DNA from: Anthoceros angustus
Lineage: Eukaryota > Plantae > Anthocerotophyta
NCBI GenBank assembly: GCA_010909165.1
Contig: MU008168.1
Span: forward strand, 806,001 to 870,000
Direction: 5' to 3'
Length of the DNA: 64,000 nt
Part shown: piece after piece, positions 26,174 through 38,500 of the stretch
Layout: each line of letters opens with the position of its first letter
Position numbering within the stretch: the stretch's first letter is position 1
The notes under the pieces: model-generated
What the model saw: only the letters and a program-made list of their open reading frames with translations
The model's database searches: none
What the model was told of the DNA's origin: nothing
Made by a program: the position numbers and the translations under genes

Positions 26174-27128
26174 ATGGATCCAGACAATATGGAGCCATTT
26201 CCACTGAGGTGCGCTTCTTTTATAAGCGTGGCCTACGCCCTCACCTCAATTGTCCAGCTCTTGTTCGAGAAACACAAGCTCACCATGTCGTCTTGCGGAT
26301 CTGAAGCTCGGGGCGCACCTATGAGCGTGGCGCTTTGCGGAAGGGAGCTCGGACACCGTCGGCAATGTGATGAAATTGTAGGCGGGTACATGGAACAAGC
26401 AGTGCAGGCGCAGCTCGAGGCTCCATACTTGCAAGGCGACCAAGAGGGCGCCCACCAGGCAGAGCTTCAACTAGGGGGCGAGGGGCTCAAACTGTTGGCA
26501 CCTCAAGCATGCCAGGCCCATCACGCCCCGCTGCAGCTGCCCCAAGACCTGTTCACCCTAGGAACCGGGAGGTGGAGTGCGAGTATAATGACCACGAGAC
26601 ACAACCCAAGAAGCCTTTTATGTTCCCTGAGACAAACGACTACCTAGAGGAGACCAAGATAGTGAGCGTTGGCAGCGTCACTAATCCCGGCACCCCTGTC
26701 TGGTACCAGTGCAGGTTTAGCCAGCTGATGATGAAGCGCGTGAGGATCCAAGTCTGTAGAGAGTACCCCGGTCATGTTGTCAGCTCATACCGTAAGTTCT
26801 GTCACGCCCTTGCTTACTTTCCTGTTTAATGCTACCTTTGGCAGCAATTCTGAGCCATAGCTCCCACTGTTTGCTAAAAGTGGCAAATTGTCTTCTTTAT
26901 AGGTTCTGAGATGAGACTCAGGGAGGAGGAGTGCCTAGTCTCCCCTGAGAGAATCTCGTACGAGGAGAGGCGCAGGCGCAACACCCCTAGGTCTGATGAG
27001 AGTACCAAGACCCAGAGTCTGTAGAAGACTCTGATAGTGAAGATTCTGATGGAGATCCTCCCAAGTCTCCAGGATTTCTCAGTGATGAAGACAATGATTG
27101 CTCAAGTTCTCACTTCAGCTGGGGCTAG
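26174..27128 (+). CDS. Antisense, spliced accessory ORF of Copia family A (AT-hook, acidic tail; frameshifted in assembly)
   Basis: ATG at 26174. A second frame, open from 26374, encodes RRPRGRPP and PVHPRNREVECEY...VSSYR. Intron 26792-26902 (GTAAGT..TAG) rejoins in frame to SEMRLREEECL.. and then a D/E/S-rich tail ending about 20 bp before the pol stop. Confidence 0.6.
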
Positions 27129-27147
27129 GCCTTTTGAATTTGTCTTT

Positions 27148-30100
27148 TCAGACCTTGTGATGCTGGAGGAAGTCTTTTGACCTCCCCAAGCCAAGACTCT
27201 TTACATGTCGCATGTGCAAGTCTCTGCCCAACGCCTTGGTAAGTATGTCGGCAGGATTTTCAGCTGTAGGTACGTAGTCAAGAACTATTTTCCCTGCTTG
27301 CACAAGCTCTCGTATGAAATGGTACTCTACTTCCACATGTTTTGTACGCGAGTGAAACACAGGGTTCTTAGCAAGTGCCATTGAACCCTGATTATCAGTG
27401 TTGATAATCGTACAGGTAGGTAGGCTGATCCCCATTTCCTTGAACAGCAATTTCAGCCACAGAATTTCTTTATTCTTGCCGTTAGCACCGATACTCAACC
27501 CGATCTTGGATGTTGCTACGATTAAGTTTCTTCTTTGCTCCAACATATGGGTCCTCCAGCAAAACAAACCACGTAGCCAGAGACCGATCTTCTAGAATCC
27601 ACATCCCAGCATGATGCGAATGCATGAATACCTCTAAGTCTAAAGTCTAGGTAGGCGTCTTTTGATAGGCGGTCTTGTTCCTTTAAATACCTGAAGACTC
27701 GCTTCAAGCATTGCCAGTGTTCTTGTCCAGGGTTCTCTAAGAACTGCGACAGGGCACTTGTGGCAAAGGAAATGTCTGGCCTTGTGGTATTGGAGGCGTA
27801 GATTAGCTTTCCTACTCCTTTCCTGTAAGGTATGTTAGCCATTGCTTCCTGTTCATCTTGAGTTTCTGGACTCATTTCTCGACTGAGTTTAAGGCCAGTA
27901 GGAAGAGGGGTCGAGGCTGGTTTTGCGTCCTTAAGGCCCATCTGTTCAGCACAGTCCAGCAGGTACCTAGGTTGGGTTAAGGTAATGATCCTCCTGTCCC
28001 TGTTTCTTTGAACATGAACGCCCAAGCAACTCTGAAGTGGTCCCAAGTTGGTCATCTCAAACTTGTTTGCTAACAGCCCATTCAGGTCTGTGATAAATTT
28101 GGGGCTGTTGCAAGCTAGTATTAGGTCGTCCACATAGACAGCGAGATAACAAACAGTATCCCCTTTCCTATATACATAGAGGCTTCCATCTGCCTTGCAT
28201 TTGACAAAGCCTAGAGCAAGAAGCTCCTCATCAAGAGCCTCGTTCCACTTTAGTGCCGATTGTTTGAGACCATACAGAGTTTTAATCAGACGTAATACAT
28301 AGTCTTCCTTTCCCTTTACCTCATATCCAGGTGGCTGCTGCATGTAAATTTCTATGTCAAGCTTCCCATGTAGGAAAGCTGTCTTAACGTCGAACATCTG
28401 CAGCTCGTAGTCCTTGTGTGCTGCAACAGCACATAGAGTACGAAAAGTGGCCATCTTAACAACAGGTGCATATGTCTCGAAGTAGTCAAGGCCTGGCATT
28501 TGAGTAAAGCCTCTAGCAACGAGTCGAGCTTTATATCTATCAAAGGTGCCATCTGCTTTAACCTTGAGCTTAAAGACCCATTTACAGGACACCATCTTGC
28601 GACCTGGAGGTAACTGTGCAAGTTCCCATGTGCCATTTTTTATTAGAGAATTATATTCTGATTGAATGGCCTTTTTCCATTCTGCTGAATCAGGTCTACA
28701 AAGAGCTTCTTCATATGACTGAGGCTCAACAGGATCAAGGGAAGTTGCATGAGCCTGTGCCCTAAAATCAATTGATTGATAGTAATCGGGAGCACGTCTC
28801 TGTCTTGCAGGATAACGACGCTGAGGCTCAGGTTTAGGTTCAACAAGAACTTCATCTTCTGCAGCATCAGCCATATCATCTTCCGCAGCTGGTTCGTTTT
28901 CATCTTCAGGGTCTGGTTCCTGTTCATTGTTGACAGGCTGTGGTTGATTTTCATTCACTGGTTCGCCTTCCAGATCAACTAACACTGCCTGGTCATCCTG
29001 GTCAACTTTCAACCGCTGGTTGTTCGTCCCCACCAACAGGACCAGCATCCTCAAAGGGAAAATCGACCAAATGTGAGGCAATTTCGTCTTCATCTGCCTC
29101 AGCAGAAGGGTCCCCACCTGGTTGGGAAACTACCATTGCCCAAGGAACCTTTTCATTAAAGGTAACACTCCTGGAGTAAATGACCTTGTCCTTTGAAACA
29201 TCATAGAGTTTGTAGGCCTTGATGCCCTCAGTGTACCCAAGCATAAGAAGTTTCTGTGCTTTATCTAACACCTTCTTACGTTTTTCCTTAGGAATGAAAG
29301 CATAAGCTACACAGCCAAAGGTTCGAAGGTGAAGGACAGAGGGCTTCCGACCACAAAAGGCTTCATAGGGTGTCATACCCACAACTGAATTTGTAGGCAA
29401 CCTATTCCTGAGGTACACCGCTGTGGTTAGGGCCTCTGCCCAATATGGCAAAGGGAGATGAGCATAATGAAGGAGTGACGCTGTCATCTCCTGAAGTGTG
29501 AGATTCATATGCTCAAGAACTCCATGTGGAGTACACATCGTGAGTAAGCCCAATGCCCTCCTGCGCAGTGGTGCGGAATTCCTTGGAAGTGAACTCCCCA
29601 CCATTATGCGAACGGTGTCTTCACTGCTTCATTCAGTCACCAAGAAACTTAAGGTAAGTTTTGAAGTGTGAAAAGCATTCACTTTTGGCCTGGAGTATAT
29701 AAGCAGTGACAAAACGTGTCTTGTCATCGGTGAAGGTGAGGAAATATTTTCCACCACCTAGGGAAGGCTGCGACAAGGGGCCACGCTGGTTGCCAATTTC
29801 TGCAACTTAGCACTATGGGGATGGCCTAACCTAGCATGCCACAGCTGACTCTTAGCTATTTGCTGTGCAGTGGCTAGGGATGTGTCCTGTGTGAGATGTG
29901 AAACTGGCATTCCACTCTGAATATGGAGACGAAAGAGATCGTGATCTGATGACCCATAGGCAAGTATTTTTCTATGGTCAAAAGCATCTATCACCTGGCA
30001 TTCTGTAGTTGTAAACAGAACATGACTATTATTATCTGAGTTGAGTTGCCTAACTGAGATCAAATTCCTAGTCATGTCAGGTACATAATAAACATTGTTC

Positions 30101-31295
30101 AGAATGAGGGTCACTCCAGAAGGAACTGGCAAGTAAACCGTGCCTATGCCGGGTGAGACAAGTGAACGATCATCCCCTAGGTAAACATCGATCCGATGGC
30201 GGCACAGCATGTTTTATACCTCTGTCAAAAGCAGATGTGCTTGTAGCACACTAGGTACCATTCTATCAATGGTCTAACCTCTACTTTGCTGGACAAACAC
30301 GTGGGAAGGAGAAGTGGGTTAGAAAATTCCCTGGTGCCAACTGTAAGAGCAGAAGGGGTATTATTTTTCTTTACCACAACATTCGTTTCAGCTAAATTGC
30401 CTTCCTTTCGAGGCTGTCCAGCTTGTTTCTTTCTGCATTCACGCTCCCAGTGACCTGGCATTTTGCACCAATTGCAGCTGCCAGTCCTCTTGGGTTTCTT
30501 CGTGTTGCTAGAAGAGAAGCCAGCAGAGTGAGAGCCACTGCTACCCCTTTGAGAATTTCCTCCTCCTCCTCGAGGGTTATTTCTAGTATTTCCTCCTTTA
30601 CCCTTGTTTGAAGTGTAAAGGGCTTGCTGTTTTCCTGAACGTGTACTTGTGGTTCCCCTAGTGGCTTCCTCCTGCAGAAATGCTCCCACTACCTCAGAGA
30701 ATGTAGGTGCTGGGAGTGTCACATTAGCTGCCTTGGCTAATTTTTGTGTCTGCGCATATGAGGTATTGTACGATGTCACAAAGTGTGACCAGGAAGCTGG
30801 TAAGGACAGCATCAGGTACATGATGTATAGCTCGTCCCCCATGGGGTCCTTAGACAACGCCTCAAGCCTGGAGACCAGAGTCCTGAAATGCCCAATATGC
30901 TTTTCAATGGACTCTCCATCTTTCATCTTCAGGTTAGTAAGGTACTTGAGGGCTGTCATTTGGGTTGATGGATTGGAGCCTGAATACAGATCATGGAGAC
31001 GAACCCACAGCTCATTAGCAGTCTTGGCTCCCACTGTCTGCCTCAGCATATCAGCTGTAAGGCCACTTCGGAGCAGATACATGGCTGCGTCATCTTTGAC
31101 TGTCCATGCATCCTTGTCATCCTGCGATTGTGAGGCTGGTTTCGCCTTTCCATCTGTAATCTCCCAAAGCCTTTTTGCTTGGAGTGCTCCCTTCATCCTC
31201 ATGACCCAAATGTCATAGTCATGTCCCCCAAACCTATCCTTTTCCTTGAAGCTTTCTAACGAGACTCCACTAGAGGTGGAGGCTGCGTCACCCAT
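27148..31295 (-). CDS. Copia gag-pol polyprotein, family A (several frameshifts)
   Basis: Gag FKEKDRFGGHDYDIW, zinc knuckle CNWCKMPGHWEREC, GAG-pre-integrase LWHARLGH, integrase YWAEAL, RT YKARLVARGF and VYVDD, RNase H TDNQG..HSRTKHV..ADILTK. Confidence 0.92.
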
Positions 31296-31639
31296 TGTTA
31301 CTTTTCTAACTGTTGGACTTGTAATCCAATCCAGCCAGGAGAAGTCTAAATCAGAATCACTAGTATTACCAACGGGCATAACAAGGATGTCTAAACTCTG
31401 ATTTTAGGAGGAGACTATCGGCTCTTCAAGCCAAACGTTAGACAGGTGAGTTTGTTTTTTTTTTTTAAAATCTGCACCTATCTATTTATGCTGCTGATGA
31501 GGGATTCCTGAGTAATTTTTGCTGCTCATTACGGGGCAGCCTAAAGGAAGACCTAATCCACCAACCACAAAGCTTCAGCAGGCCCAACAGGATCATGTAG
31601 GGTTAACAACTGCTGATTTTCTCTTTGTGCAATCTGATT

Positions 31640-32275
31640 TCACCTATTTTCCCATCGATTGTGTGCATATGTTGAACATGAAGGGCAAGCATTTGGCTCA
31701 TAAAACCTATACTTACTGTTTACTTTCTTGACAGATTTCATAGCTGCTGATCTAAACACGGGGTTACACAGCAACTCTGCCTTCAGCAAGGTATGTAATT
31801 TGAAATCTATGTGCCTTATTTGCTCTTGTACGTCCTTCAGATCTACACCAAGGGTTGCAATAGACCTATTTGTGTGAATGTGATGCCTATCAACATAGGC
31901 TGCGTGGGTCTCTAATCTTTGAGCCAACTGATTCACAGAAATGTGTTGTGCAGATTGCGGAGTGAGAAAATTGTTAGGGTTACCAAACTGGCCAGGAGCG
32001 GCCTCTGGAGCACGCTGTTGAAGTTGCCTAGGATCTGTAGTAAAAGTTAGGTGCTGGTAATCTGGGTAGAGGGTCTCAACCAATGTATTGAAGGCCCTTT
32101 CAAGTTCAAAGGTCTGGAATGGTCTGTCTTGATTTCTCACAGTCCATTCGTAGGTCCTTTGATGCAATCTTTCAGCAAGATTCCTATCAGCAGCCCTAGT
32201 CCTCAGGCGATTCTGGCGTTGTTGAATTTGTTCAGCGCGAGGCTGCCACTGCTGGCCCCCGCCGTTGTTTGCCAT
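31640..32275 (-). CDS. Extra 211-aa ORF between PBS and gag of Copia family A (coiled-coil-like, C-terminal CxxC)
   Basis: Intact ORF MANNGGGQQW...ISVNQLAQRLETH...LKDVQEQIRHIDFKL...ACPSC on the element sense strand, with its own stop and separate from gag. Confidence 0.7.
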   Translation of the reverse strand: MANNGGGQQWQPRAEQIQQRQNRLRTRAADRNLAERLHQRTYEWTVRNQDRPFQTFELERAFNTLVETLYPDYQHLTFTTDPRQLQQRAPEAAPGQFGNPNNFLTPQSAQHISVNQLAQRLETHAAYVDRHHIHTNRSIATLGVDLKDVQEQIRHIDFKLHTLLKAELLCNPVFRSAAMKSVKKVNSKYRFYEPNACPSCSTYAHNRWENR

Positions 32276-32665
32276 GTAAAATGGCCAGATTTTTTATTGT
32301 ACAAATGCATTTAGAATACATTCTTGAACTCTTTTAAATTTTATAAATTGCCTTTGAAAATGCTTGTTGTGGGATCTGACGGGTGTCCTAGCGTGCCTAT
32401 TTTAGAATTGCTCAAATAGCAATCTAGAATAGGTGCGTTAGGATGCTATTCAGATCTTCATAAAGCAGATTCCAAGAAAAGGCAAATTAAAAATACAAAG
32501 AAAACAATCAAAATCCTGTTTCTTGATTATTTGCTCTATCCTTTAAAGAAACCATTTTCTATAGAAGATAAGAACAAAATATATATGTTTGTGCACACCC
32601 TAAGATGCACAATTTGATGTGCATTCTCTAGAATGCAATCCACGCTAATATATGCTCTGATACCA

Positions 32666-32899
32666 TGACGAAAAGCAAATATAACGCAGATTAATTAAGC
32701 AACAAGCAATAATTACATCATATTAATCATAAAGAAGTAAGTAATGTATAAGTGCTAAACACCTATATTGGTTTTACGAAACGATATGACTTTTCGCCTA
32801 AGGGACGTAACCCTAATGAAAGGGTAAGCTGACTCAACTTAATTTAACCCTAACTTATTAACATGCTAACAACACCTAAAAGACTTAGGTTTTTCTTCA
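32666..32899 (-). repeat. 5' LTR of Copia family A
   Basis: Adjacent to the PBS; direct repeat of 25801-26034. Confidence 0.95.
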
Positions 32900-32959
32900 A
32901 TACTACGCTCCCGTCTTCCCATTGGCCATGACAACACCATCCAATAGATCTCACTTATC

Positions 32960-35150
32960 TTCTACCAACCATCAGAATCACATCCTCACTCTTCGCCTGA
33001 CTGTAAACCTTCTTCCTCGGACAGGACTACTTCATCACCATCATCTTCACTATCGATAGCTGCATCTAGGGTGGAGGGCACGATGTGAGGACGAAGAGCA
33101 TTCAATTTCTCCGATCGCTTGTCTTGCTGTAAGAGATGTTTCTCGGATGTCACTGAACCCATAATATACAATAATGGTTTTACTGACGAAGAGCTCGGAT
33201 GTCTGGAGGCCTCGAAACCTTTTCCCGCCTTGCCTTTCAAAGGTGCTGCTATGTCGCTATCAGACCTGAGAAAGTATTCCCCTACATACTTCCCTTCAAA
33301 AGCATCTGTGTGTTTCGGTCCGCCACCAGTGCACAAAGAAATAGGGGTCAGGGACGGTGAGGTGGACACCAACAACCTTGGCCACCCAGAACGCCCTATT
33401 GTGAGTATCGCCCTCACAAGGCGTTACAATGAACATACCTTTTCTAATCTCCATGATGTCACCATTCATCCTCTCCACTTCCTCTTCACGCTGCTCAACG
33501 CTCGACATGCTCCTCGGTACATGTCCTGTTGTGGTACATCCCGCAATAATGCTTTGTCTAGGAGAGCTTCATCCGGAACCAGCAAGGGAGGCACATTTGC
33601 TTCTGCCTCTGCCCTATCGTACCACTTCCACGGGTTTTTCAAAACAAGTCCGATGTTATGGTCCACAATCGTTGCGATCTCCTCTTGATCCTTCCGATCA
33701 TCCCACCACTCCCCTCAACAAAGATTCACATAAGTTGGTAACTTCAGCATCCCTTTCTTCAAGTGATCGCCATCATGCGCTCAAGCCTCCTCCAATCCCT
33801 TTCTTGTCTTTCGCTGCAATGCCATTAAGGGAGTTGGGCCGATGATCTTTGTAGGCACAAACGACAAGAACTCAGGCCATCTTCGCTTCCCACAATGGAG
33901 AAGTCAGTATTGTTTACTCCGGAATGACTGCTACCTTTTCCGTCCCACTTTGTCTTCTTGGGTAATTTTGAACTGTTGGAGCGAAGGTTGTTCAACTTCC
34001 GCTACTGACTTTGTACTTCGACCTCCTTCCTCCTAATCGCACGGCCACACAAATGAACGGAAATGCAACCGTCACCACCTTCACTCTGGTTCGTTGTCTC
34101 TCAAAATGTCCATATAGTTGGTAGGGTTCTAGCCTCTTTGTGTTTATGTTTCGAGAAACAAGAAAACATTTGGTCGACTTGATCGTGTGTATGCCCAACA
34201 AGAAGAAAACCAACTTCACCTTCTCAAACGCTCCTGTGTCGACGAGCATGTTGAGGTAAGCAAAGAGCGGTGATTCTTGTTCTCCTACATGTGTCCAATT
34301 TGCAAATATAAAACTTTAGGAAGCAACCCTTCATAAGTGAGGATCATCACCTGTATAATAGAAATCGTCAAATTTGCATCATTCCTCAAATTTCATAGTG
34401 GAGATCGCCTTGAATGTGTAATTATGAATCATGCAACCCACTACATGCACTGTAATCTTGTTGTCCTCTTTTAAGTCCTTCGGCCACCTTAAGATATGTC
34501 CACACACAGAGAATTCCACTTCACGCTTTAACACATGTCACCAATGCTCTACTGTAATTGCTTACTTTGCTGAGAAGATTGAGGCATGCACGCCGCAAAA
34601 GGGCGAGTCATATCTGGCGTGCAAAATTCGCTTTGGTTCTTCTTTAAATCGAGCTCTATGAATTGGGAGGCATCTTCGCCTCCAAAATCAACATCGCCAT
34701 CACGTTCCTTGTGAATCGGCAACCACGTGACCCACATTGCCGTAAAGTTTCACTACAAAGGGCAATAGAAGCGAGCGGCACAGTGGTATCACCTCGGCGT
34801 CATGAAGAATGTGCGTAGCTTGCAGCATGATGTGGGACTAGAACCTTGACGACCTCGCCGGTGACACCAATAGTCGCCAACCTCAAACTATAGCCCTTTG
34901 CTTTCTTGCTCTCGTGTTGTACCTCTCTCACATTCGACCATGTATGGAACATTGAATGGGTGGAAAACGGGTTTCACGTTTCTTGAAAGCCAAAGCAACA
35001 ACAGGGCCAATCCCTTCTACAAGAAGTAAGTGGGCAAAATATTTTTCCACAAGGCATGCATCATTCTGACATCTAGCGGATCGAATCGGCTCAATTTATG
35101 GTTTTAACCACGGTAAAGCGGCGTTTCCATCTTCGCCATAACTAATTTAG
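32960..35150 (-). mobile_element. Sola-like DDD transposase pseudogene, copy 3
   Basis: LLPKVLYLQ..ENKN..FAYLNMLVDTGAFEKVK..LVGHTHDQVDQMFS; IGLVLKNPWKWY; KGMFIVTPCEGDTHNRAFWVAKVVGVH; acidic C-terminus. Confidence 0.7.
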
Positions 35151-35544
35151 GGTTTCCTCCCATACATACACATGTCGGCACCGTATTATAAGCCGCAGGG
35201 TGTCTGTTGTCGGACCTACGAAGTGGCGTAATGGCGCCATCTTCTTCCTTTGTTGGTTCGGAAGGCAACAAGTGCTTGTGAGGAGAACTTATGTTGTGCT
35301 CCAGCAATTCCGGCACACATCTGGGCACAAGCCAATTCCACTTGCTCCGGCAAGGCAGTGGAATTGGTGCGGCGCGAAACTGCGTCGGTCTAGCGACCAA
35401 GTCGGCCGTCTCGGCGGTGGCATCAAATTCGGCCCACAAGCGCCGTGCAGCGCGGCGGGAGGTTGGTATTTCTTCAACCCACACAACCATTGTTTTGGAT
35501 GGGCAATTACGCCCGACCCGTCTTGTGTGATTTCGTGAGCGGAT

Positions 35545-38500
35545 ATGGCAAGTGGGCGCGGAAGGGGCTGGCGGCGGATCTGTAGAGCTTGTGGACAAGC
35601 CAAAGCGGCATAAGCGACACTCGAAGAAGGAAGAGGAGGCAGCGCGGCTGCCCATGAGCATAGCGGTGGAGGGCAAAGGGTCCCTTGATCTGGTTCCACG
35701 TTTCGAGAAACCAAGCTCTGCAAAGGGGCGCAAGGGCACAGGAAAAGGTTGGCCTTCCCAAGTCTCGAAGGCTCCTCCCGGATCCCATCCCATCTCCTTA
35801 TCGTGAGGAGGCGGTGCGACAGCGAGCACACAAGCCGAGTTGATGAAGTTGTTTTGTTGGAGAAAGGCGGTTGTTCACGCGATCGGAGGAACTGAAGAGG
35901 ACACAATGGTGTGGACTCCTTATTAAAAATGGATTTTTGGGTTCAATGGTGCTTTGCACTGTCGGAGGAGCTAGGCGGGATGGGTTCTGGGCTACAATGG
36001 ATGTGGTGGATGGTGAACGGAGTTCGGGTTTGTGCACATCAAGCCTTACAGTGGAAGGGTTGCCCGACAGATGACTACAATGTGTATGTGCTAAGGCAGC
36101 TTTCACCAAGTATATCATCAAGGAAATTCTTGGATGCTGGCGAATTGAAAATGTAAGTGCAAATGTTTCCCTCAACTCTCTCTAACATGATCGGTGTGTA
36201 TTTGAGAGGCGATAAAAGTAACACATGTCTTGTGTTAAAACCATGTCGAGGTGGAAGATCATTTTATAGGTTTCTTTGTCGGTGATTGAGACTCCATGAA
36301 AATGCACCGCTTGAGATGTCTTTGCGGAGGACAAAGGCCCTTCCGGTTTGCCTTTACTAATGCGAGGAAGAAGAGAGCGAGTTTGGACCCTCGGATGAGG
36401 AGGATGGTCCCATTAGGCAGCAGCTAGGGCAGTCGGATGAGGAAGCCTCACGAAGACCAAGAGGAGGAAAAGGGACAAGGGCTTCTTTGCTTGTGCCAAA
36501 GTTAGCATACGTTCACATGAAGATGGGGCGGGAGGAACCCTCCTCTTAGCGACAACCGAGTGGGAAGCCCGCAAATCAATTGGTTTGTATCGGGCTTTGA
36601 TGCGAGGCGAGGGGAGGAGGCGCCGGCATGCCGGCGTGCCTTCCCAAGCGAGAAGGCACCCTAGCACGTTGGGTGGTGTGCAATCGGAGGCACCACCGGC
36701 CGCTAGTGGTAGTGGGGAGCCGGCCACAGGCGAAAAGCAACATCTGGAGCCATGGAGCTCTCTATGCAGGGTGGGCGTCGGAGGAGGAAGGCGCCGGCAT
36801 GCGGCGCCCTCCTTCCCTCCGATGATGTGGGTGCGGCGGCGCCGCGCCCCATGTCACTGAGGCGGTGGAGGCGTCGGAGGAAGGGGCGCGGCATGCCCCT
36901 TCCCTCCGATGGTGTGGGTCGGGCGCGCATGCGGCGCCATCCGGCGGTGGAAGGGGAGGCGGTGGAGGAGGCGGGGGCAGCATGCGGCACCCCTCCCTCG
37001 CTGTCGGATGTGGGCGCGGCATGCGGCCGCCAGTGGAAGGTGGGGATGCGGGGCCGGCATGCCCACGATGGCGGAGATGGAGAACCCGGGGCTGGGGAAG
37101 ACTTCCTCCCGGCCCTGGGCAACAGTCGGACTCACGGTGTGGATGCCAGCGGTCTGGCGGAAGAAAGGAAAGCGCGTCGCGCCTTGGAAGTAATGACATT
37201 CAATGTACATGTGCCACGGATGGGGGCATTGCGAGGCATCTATGTTGGATGAAGATTATTTGAGCAAACTGCGAGAATCGGCGTATGCAAAAAGGTGGTT
37301 CGAGCTGTTCTTGTGAAGCTCGAGAACTTGAGGCTGCATCATTCGACTCCGATGCGGATCCGGAATGTGGATGAGGCTGGGCTAACTATTTGGCGATGTG
37401 ATCAAACCTTGACAAAGATCCTCCCCTTCATGTCCTCTATTAGCCCAAGCACCTTATGATTAAACTTAGGTTCATATCATGGTCACACCATCTCGCTTTG
37501 CAATTTGGAGCTCATCTAGGGGTAACAATGGATAAAATTCATGTTTTTCCTCTTATGAGACGATGTTGTGAGCATTGCCAATATCCTGTCTGAGTAAGGA
37601 AAACATGGGCCTCCATCCATTGGTTTGCCTTCCACACGATGTCGACAAAGATGAATTTCATGGCGAGATATGATTACCACCTAGGACTCCATCACGTACT
37701 TCTTAGCTCAAAACTTGATAAGGTGCTTTTAATAGATAACGATGAAGGTCAATCAATATAAGAACAAGGTGGACAACATATTCTATTCTATGCATTGCGA
37801 TTGGAGGAAAGGTTTGGAAGAATGTTGATAGTATTTTCACAAAGTGGGAGGCCATGGAGCTAGGAGGCGAGGCAAAGCATGTGGCGGGACCCAAGAAGAG
37901 CAAAGGAAGCATAAAGTTGGTGATGAAACAAAAGTCTGAAGGTGTATTTACGAAGCCCAAAGAAATGCGAGGGCAAGCCATGGCGCGATTTCAAGGTATT
38001 CCTCCGAGGCGGGGCGAAGATGCTAATTAGTGTGGCCCGAGAAGGTGTTGGGTCTTCTAGACACAGATGGAATGTCAAGGAGGTGACCTGCGGAAGAAAT
38101 TTCATGTCATACAAGTGGCTATGGCAAAGCATCGGGGTGTAGTTCATTCGACATGGTGAGAGCGAATACCCACTACACTCATCGGATCACGATGTCGCGA
38201 GTTCAAAGCGCTTTTGAGGAAAGGTATGTCCTTCTATGTCTATGATTAGATTGGTTGAAGGCGGCTTGCATCTGTCGTTTTCCCCCTCTTCTCTCGGCGT
38301 GTGATTGTGAGCTTTAGCATTTGTTGTCTTCGTGCAGAAGTAAAAGATGTTGAAGACACGAAATTGCAGAGGATTTTCAAGCTTTCATACTAGAGGTGCA
38401 CACATGGAAAGGCTTGGAGGACGAGCAAAGGGCACTTGCAAACATGGACATGGAGGAAGGGCTCCAATCTTTCACAGTGCCAAAAACGGAGAATATTGTG

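Larger units (their letters stand above)
25801..32899 (-). mobile_element. Full-length Ty1/Copia LTR retrotransposon, family A (recent insertion)
   Basis: 234-bp TG..CA LTRs at 25801-26034 and 32666-32899 differing at one visible position; TSD ATACT (25796-25800, 32900-32904); PBS TGGTATCAGAGCA (tRNA-iMet) 32665-32653; PPT AAGTGGGAG; order gag-PR-INT-RT-RH. Confidence 0.97.

Noticed and set aside
27148-31295. Programmed frameshifts or true decay in Copia-A pol
   Set aside because: The LTRs are almost identical and the breaks are scattered short indels; assembly error is the simpler explanation.
35985-36060. VVDG..R as the ParB catalytic motif
   Set aside because: The homologous copy at about 18020 reads LIEGDPDIRV, so the motif is not conserved; the ParB-like signal is placed at 37313-37515 instead.
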